Source: a virus
Taxonomy: Duplodnaviria > Caudoviricetes
Length of the DNA stretch: 28,104 nt
Direction: 5' to 3' (one strand)
IMG/VR virus record: IMGVR_UViG_3300033067_000428
Span: 1 to 28,104 of that record
Shown here: positions 25,178-28,104 of the stretch, in pieces
Layout of the letters: each line of letters opens with the position of its first letter
How positions within the stretch are numbered: position 1 is the stretch's first letter
Made by a program: the position numbers and the translations under genes
The notes under the pieces: generated by a model
Database searches by the model: none
Told to the model about the DNA's origin: nothing
What the model saw: only the letters and a program-made list of their open reading frames with translations

Positions 25178-26263
25178 ATGTCTACCGTCAAGTTCAACGC
25201 CGCCACCCCCATCCTCACCCTGAACGAATGTGTCGATCTCATCGGCGCAGTCGGCTCTGACGTCACCGTTCTGGTGCAGGGTGACATGGGCAGCGGCAAG
25301 ACCTCTCTCCTGAAGATGCTCAGCGCACGCTTCCCGACACACTTCCCGGCGTACTTCGACTGCACCACGAAGGACTTGGGCGATGTGCAGATTCCGCACA
25401 TCCGGGACGCAGAAGAAAACAGCTATGTGCGCTTCTCCCCCAACGAGGAATTCGGCGTGCATCACAACAAGCCGGTGATTCTGATGCTGGACGAGTTGGG
25501 CAAGAACCGCAGCATCATCAACGCAATGCTGCGTGTCATGCAGGAGCGCAGTATCGGCTCCACGCAACTGCCCGCTGGCTCCATCGTGTTCGCTACCACG
25601 AACCTCGGTCAAGAAAACGTGGGCGACATGTTGCCCCCGCACGCACGCAACCGCATCATGGTGGTGCGCATGAAGAAGCCGGATGCCGAGCAGTGGATGG
25701 CGTGGGGCATGGAGAACGGCATCGAGCCGGCGCTGATGGCTGCTGTGCACGAGTTCCCGCAGATGCTGGAGTCGTTTACCGATGTGGAAGACCCGAAGAA
25801 CAACCCCTACATCTACGACCCCCGCGACACTGGCCGCACTGCCTTCGTGACTCCGCGCAGCCTGGAGAAGCTGTCGCATGTGCTTAAGAAGCGCGCTGTG
25901 TTGGGCGACCACGTTGTGCTGCAGGGCGCGATGGGTCTGGTGGGTGCCAAGGCCGCTAACGACATCATGACAATGGTGACGCTGGGGGACACGCTGCCGA
26001 AGTACGACGCCATCGTTGCTGATCCCACGAAGGTCAAGTTGCCCGATGGTGTTGCTGCACGCATCATGTCGTGCCTGACCTGCCTGCAGCGCGTGGAGCG
26101 CGGTGACTTCAACACCGTGTTCAAGTACATCGAGCGTATGCCAATGGAGATTCAGGGCATGTTCTGCACCATGCTCATGAAGAGCGGCAAGGGTGTGTGG
26201 GCTTCGCAGCAGTCTGGACTGACTGCCTTCATCCACAAGAACTTCGCGCTGTTCAAGGCGTAA
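25178..26263 (+). CDS. MoxR/dynein-related AAA+ ATPase (361 aa)
   Basis: Walker A GDMGSGKT, Walker B LMLDE, FATTN sensor 1, ARNR arginine finger, TPRS sensor 2. Confidence 0.9.
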   Translation: MSTVKFNAATPILTLNECVDLIGAVGSDVTVLVQGDMGSGKTSLLKMLSARFPTHFPAYFDCTTKDLGDVQIPHIRDAEENSYVRFSPNEEFGVHHNKPVILMLDELGKNRSIINAMLRVMQERSIGSTQLPAGSIVFATTNLGQENVGDMLPPHARNRIMVVRMKKPDAEQWMAWGMENGIEPALMAAVHEFPQMLESFTDVEDPKNNPYIYDPRDTGRTAFVTPRSLEKLSHVLKKRAVLGDHVVLQGAMGLVGAKAANDIMTMVTLGDTLPKYDAIVADPTKVKLPDGVAARIMSCLTCLQRVERGDFNTVFKYIERMPMEIQGMFCTMLMKSGKGVWASQQSGLTAFIHKNFALFKA

Positions 26264-26270
26264 TGAGGTG

Positions 26271-26297
26271 GACCCCGCCATGTGGCGGGGTCTGTTT
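26271..26297 (+). terminator. GC-rich hairpin (weak terminator or processing site)
   Basis: GACCCCGCCA-TG-TGGCGGGGTC followed by TGTTT. Confidence 0.45.
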
Positions 26298-26310
26298 ACA
26301 AGGAGTAAAC
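26294..26310. promoter_or_regulatory. Palindromic motif copy 8 (GTTTAC-AAGGA-GTAAAC)
   Basis: Identical copy upstream of family member 12. Confidence 0.8.
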
Positions 26311-26314
26311 AAAG

Positions 26315-26575
26315 ATGGATAGGCCCGAACTACCCGCGCATTACTACTGGCAAGACAGAAGTACAATAAACGTAAAAAGAGAAGACGGTGGAACCGAGAA
26401 TGTCGCATGGTATTGGGGTCCGGGAGAAGTCGTGGGCAGGAATGAGAACACGTATGCCTGCGTCTCAGCCCCGGTAAAGTCGCTGGGCAACTACTACGAG
26501 CGACACGTAGACACCGAAGATGAGGCGGTTGCCCTCATCGTTTCATTCGCCCTGTTGGGTATCACAAAGGAGTAA
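26315..26575 (+). CDS. Paralogue family member 12 (86 aa)
   Basis: PELPAHYYW; VDTEDEAVALIVSFALLG. Confidence 0.85.
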   Translation: MDRPELPAHYYWQDRSTINVKREDGGTENVAWYWGPGEVVGRNENTYACVSAPVKSLGNYYERHVDTEDEAVALIVSFALLGITKE

Positions 26576-26579
26576 AGTC

Positions 26580-27821
26580 ATGGCACACAAACTGTCCCAC
26601 AAGAGCCTCATCGAACGGGCTCACATCTCTCTCATGCGCCACAAGGATTTCGTGTGGCTAGCCCCGGTCTGCCTCATCGGCAAGGTGGAACTGCGCGACG
26701 ACATTCCGACTGCGGGCACTGACGGACGCGACGTGATCTACGGCACCGGGTTTCTTGACAAGTGCAACGAAGCGCAGATCAGGGCGACGGTGGTTCACGA
26801 GAACTATCACAAGGCGCTTCTGCACCTGTCCCGCCATCAGTATCTCGTGAACCACTACGAGAAGTCGTTCGGGCTGCAGCAGGCGCGGATGCTCGTCAAC
26901 ATGGCGCAGGATTACGTCATCAACCGCGAAATCAAGAAGCACGCGCCATACCTTGAGTGCTGGGATGGCATCATTCAGTACTGCTACGATGCCAAGTACG
27001 ACAACGAGAGCGAGTGGGATACCGAGCGCATCGCTGCCGATCTGGCGAGTCAAGCCAAGGGTGGCGGCAAGGGCGGTGGTAAAGGCAAAGGCTCGGGTAG
27101 TGGTGATCCGTTTGAAGGTGGTCAGGACGAACACGATTGGGACGGCGCGCAGAAGCTGGACGAGGCTGAAGCGCAGGAGTTGGGCCGGCAGATCGAGCAG
27201 GCGCTGCGGCAGGGTCAGGCGCTCAGCAAGAAGATGGCAGGCAACATGCCGCGTACCGTGGGCGATCTGCTGGAGCCGGCTGTCGATTGGCGTCAGGCGC
27301 TGCGTGACTTCGTGCAGGAGCGTGCCAAGGGCGGCGACTTCGCTACCTACGCGCGGCCCAACCGTCGCTACATCGGGCACAACTTCTACATGCCATCGAC
27401 CTACAGCGAGACAGTCAAGTCGATTCTCTTTGCAGTCGATACGTCCGGTAGTATTGGGGAGGAAGACCTGAGAGAAGTCTTGAGTGAACTGAGAGGATGC
27501 CTCGAAACCGTCAAGCCCGAGTCGGTGGACATCATCTACTGGGATACGGCTGTGGCCCGTCACGAGCATTACGTTGGCGAAGACGCCGAGTCTGTTGTGC
27601 GGTCATCGAAGCCGGCCGGTGGTGGCGGTACTTCGCCGTCGTGTGTGGTGCCGTTCTGCCACGCGCGGGACATCAAGCCGACTGTCGCTATCTGGCTGAG
27701 CGACGGGTTTGTTGGTGGCGATTGGGCCGAAGACCTGGGGTGCCCTGCGCTGTGGGTGATTGCCTCTCACGGTACCGTGCCCTCGCATCTGCCGCACGTG
27801 CAACTGCCGAAGAGGGGATAA
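26580..27821 (+). CDS. HExxH metallopeptidase-like + vWA domain protein, DUF2201-like (413 aa)
   Basis: TAGTDG, HENYH, NMAQDYVIN, Gly-rich linker, MIDAS DTSGS, GGGGT, LSDG; AAGGAG SD before ATG 26580. Confidence 0.88.
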   Translation: MAHKLSHKSLIERAHISLMRHKDFVWLAPVCLIGKVELRDDIPTAGTDGRDVIYGTGFLDKCNEAQIRATVVHENYHKALLHLSRHQYLVNHYEKSFGLQQARMLVNMAQDYVINREIKKHAPYLECWDGIIQYCYDAKYDNESEWDTERIAADLASQAKGGGKGGGKGKGSGSGDPFEGGQDEHDWDGAQKLDEAEAQELGRQIEQALRQGQALSKKMAGNMPRTVGDLLEPAVDWRQALRDFVQERAKGGDFATYARPNRRYIGHNFYMPSTYSETVKSILFAVDTSGSIGEEDLREVLSELRGCLETVKPESVDIIYWDTAVARHEHYVGEDAESVVRSSKPAGGGGTSPSCVVPFCHARDIKPTVAIWLSDGFVGGDWAEDLGCPALWVIASHGTVPSHLPHVQLPKRG

Positions 27822-27824
27822 ATC

Positions 27825-28100
27825 ATGGGGCACGATTTAGTGTGCCTGTCTCAACTGCCGGAAGACTGCACATGGAGCTACGGAGAAGATGAAGGCACGG
27901 CATACCCAGACGACATAAACGTGCGCGATGCAAGGAACCATCTTATCGGGTGGATAGAACTAAAATCCTTTCGCGCAGTCGGTAGGTCAGAAGAAACAAA
28001 CGGATGGGAGAGTGTCCAAACAGAATCTGCTCAGCAAGCCGCCGACTACTTGTCCACCCAAATGATGATTGGTAATTGGCAGGCGAGAAGGAGAGACTGA
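27825..28100 (+). CDS. Paralogue family member 13 (91 aa)
   Basis: SQLPEDCTW; ESAQQAADYLSTQMMIG. Confidence 0.75.
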   Translation: MGHDLVCLSQLPEDCTWSYGEDEGTAYPDDINVRDARNHLIGWIELKSFRAVGRSEETNGWESVQTESAQQAADYLSTQMMIGNWQARRRD

Positions 28101-28104
28101 ATGA

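Noticed and set aside
17869-26311. Identical 19-22 bp repeats as a CRISPR array
   Set aside because: Copies are kilobases apart, separated by whole genes, and overlap ribosome-binding sites; no cas genes.
25124-27569. Long minus-strand ORFs (385 aa and 303 aa)
   Set aside because: Antisense to the well-supported AAA+ and vWA genes.
1-28104. Genome-wide TAG reassignment
   Set aside because: TAG is rare but acts as a plausible real stop at 17871, 20233, 22718, 25087 and terL. Long genes contain no in-frame TAG; only one internal case was found.
1-28104. tRNA, rRNA, integrase/att site or host genes
   Set aside because: None recognised, so prophage versus free-phage status cannot be decided from this window.

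Overview
This window is part of a tailed dsDNA phage genome (Caudoviricetes, podovirus-like head module) with two divergent arms. Minus strand (1-16014): a few small early/regulatory ORFs, then putative terS, terL, portal, GroES-like co-chaperonin, scaffold, major capsid, head/adaptor proteins and a >=659-aa tail/receptor-binding ORF that runs off the left edge and is missing from the ORF track. Plus strand (16238-28100): an early region of small genes, a ~690-bp non-coding block with three concentric inverted repeats, a NUMOD4/HNH-like gene, and a MoxR-type AAA+ ATPase with its vWA/HExxH-metallopeptidase partner. The most unusual content is a family of 13 small paralogues of about 80-125 aa. 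They share an N-terminal PLPxGYxW-like motif and an exactly spaced C-terminal [TS]xxxAxx[YFWL]x6[LI]G helix around a hypervariable core. Eleven form a near-tandem array and two flank the vWA-peptidase gene. A palindromic motif, GTTTAC-N5-GTAAAC, occurs 8 times at early-gene starts. Several sites look like recoding or single lesions: a hairpin-enclosed stop, an ATG>ATT start and an in-frame TAG. No tRNA, rRNA, CRISPR array, integrase or reverse transcriptase was recognised. All family assignments come from motif recognition by eye, not database searches.
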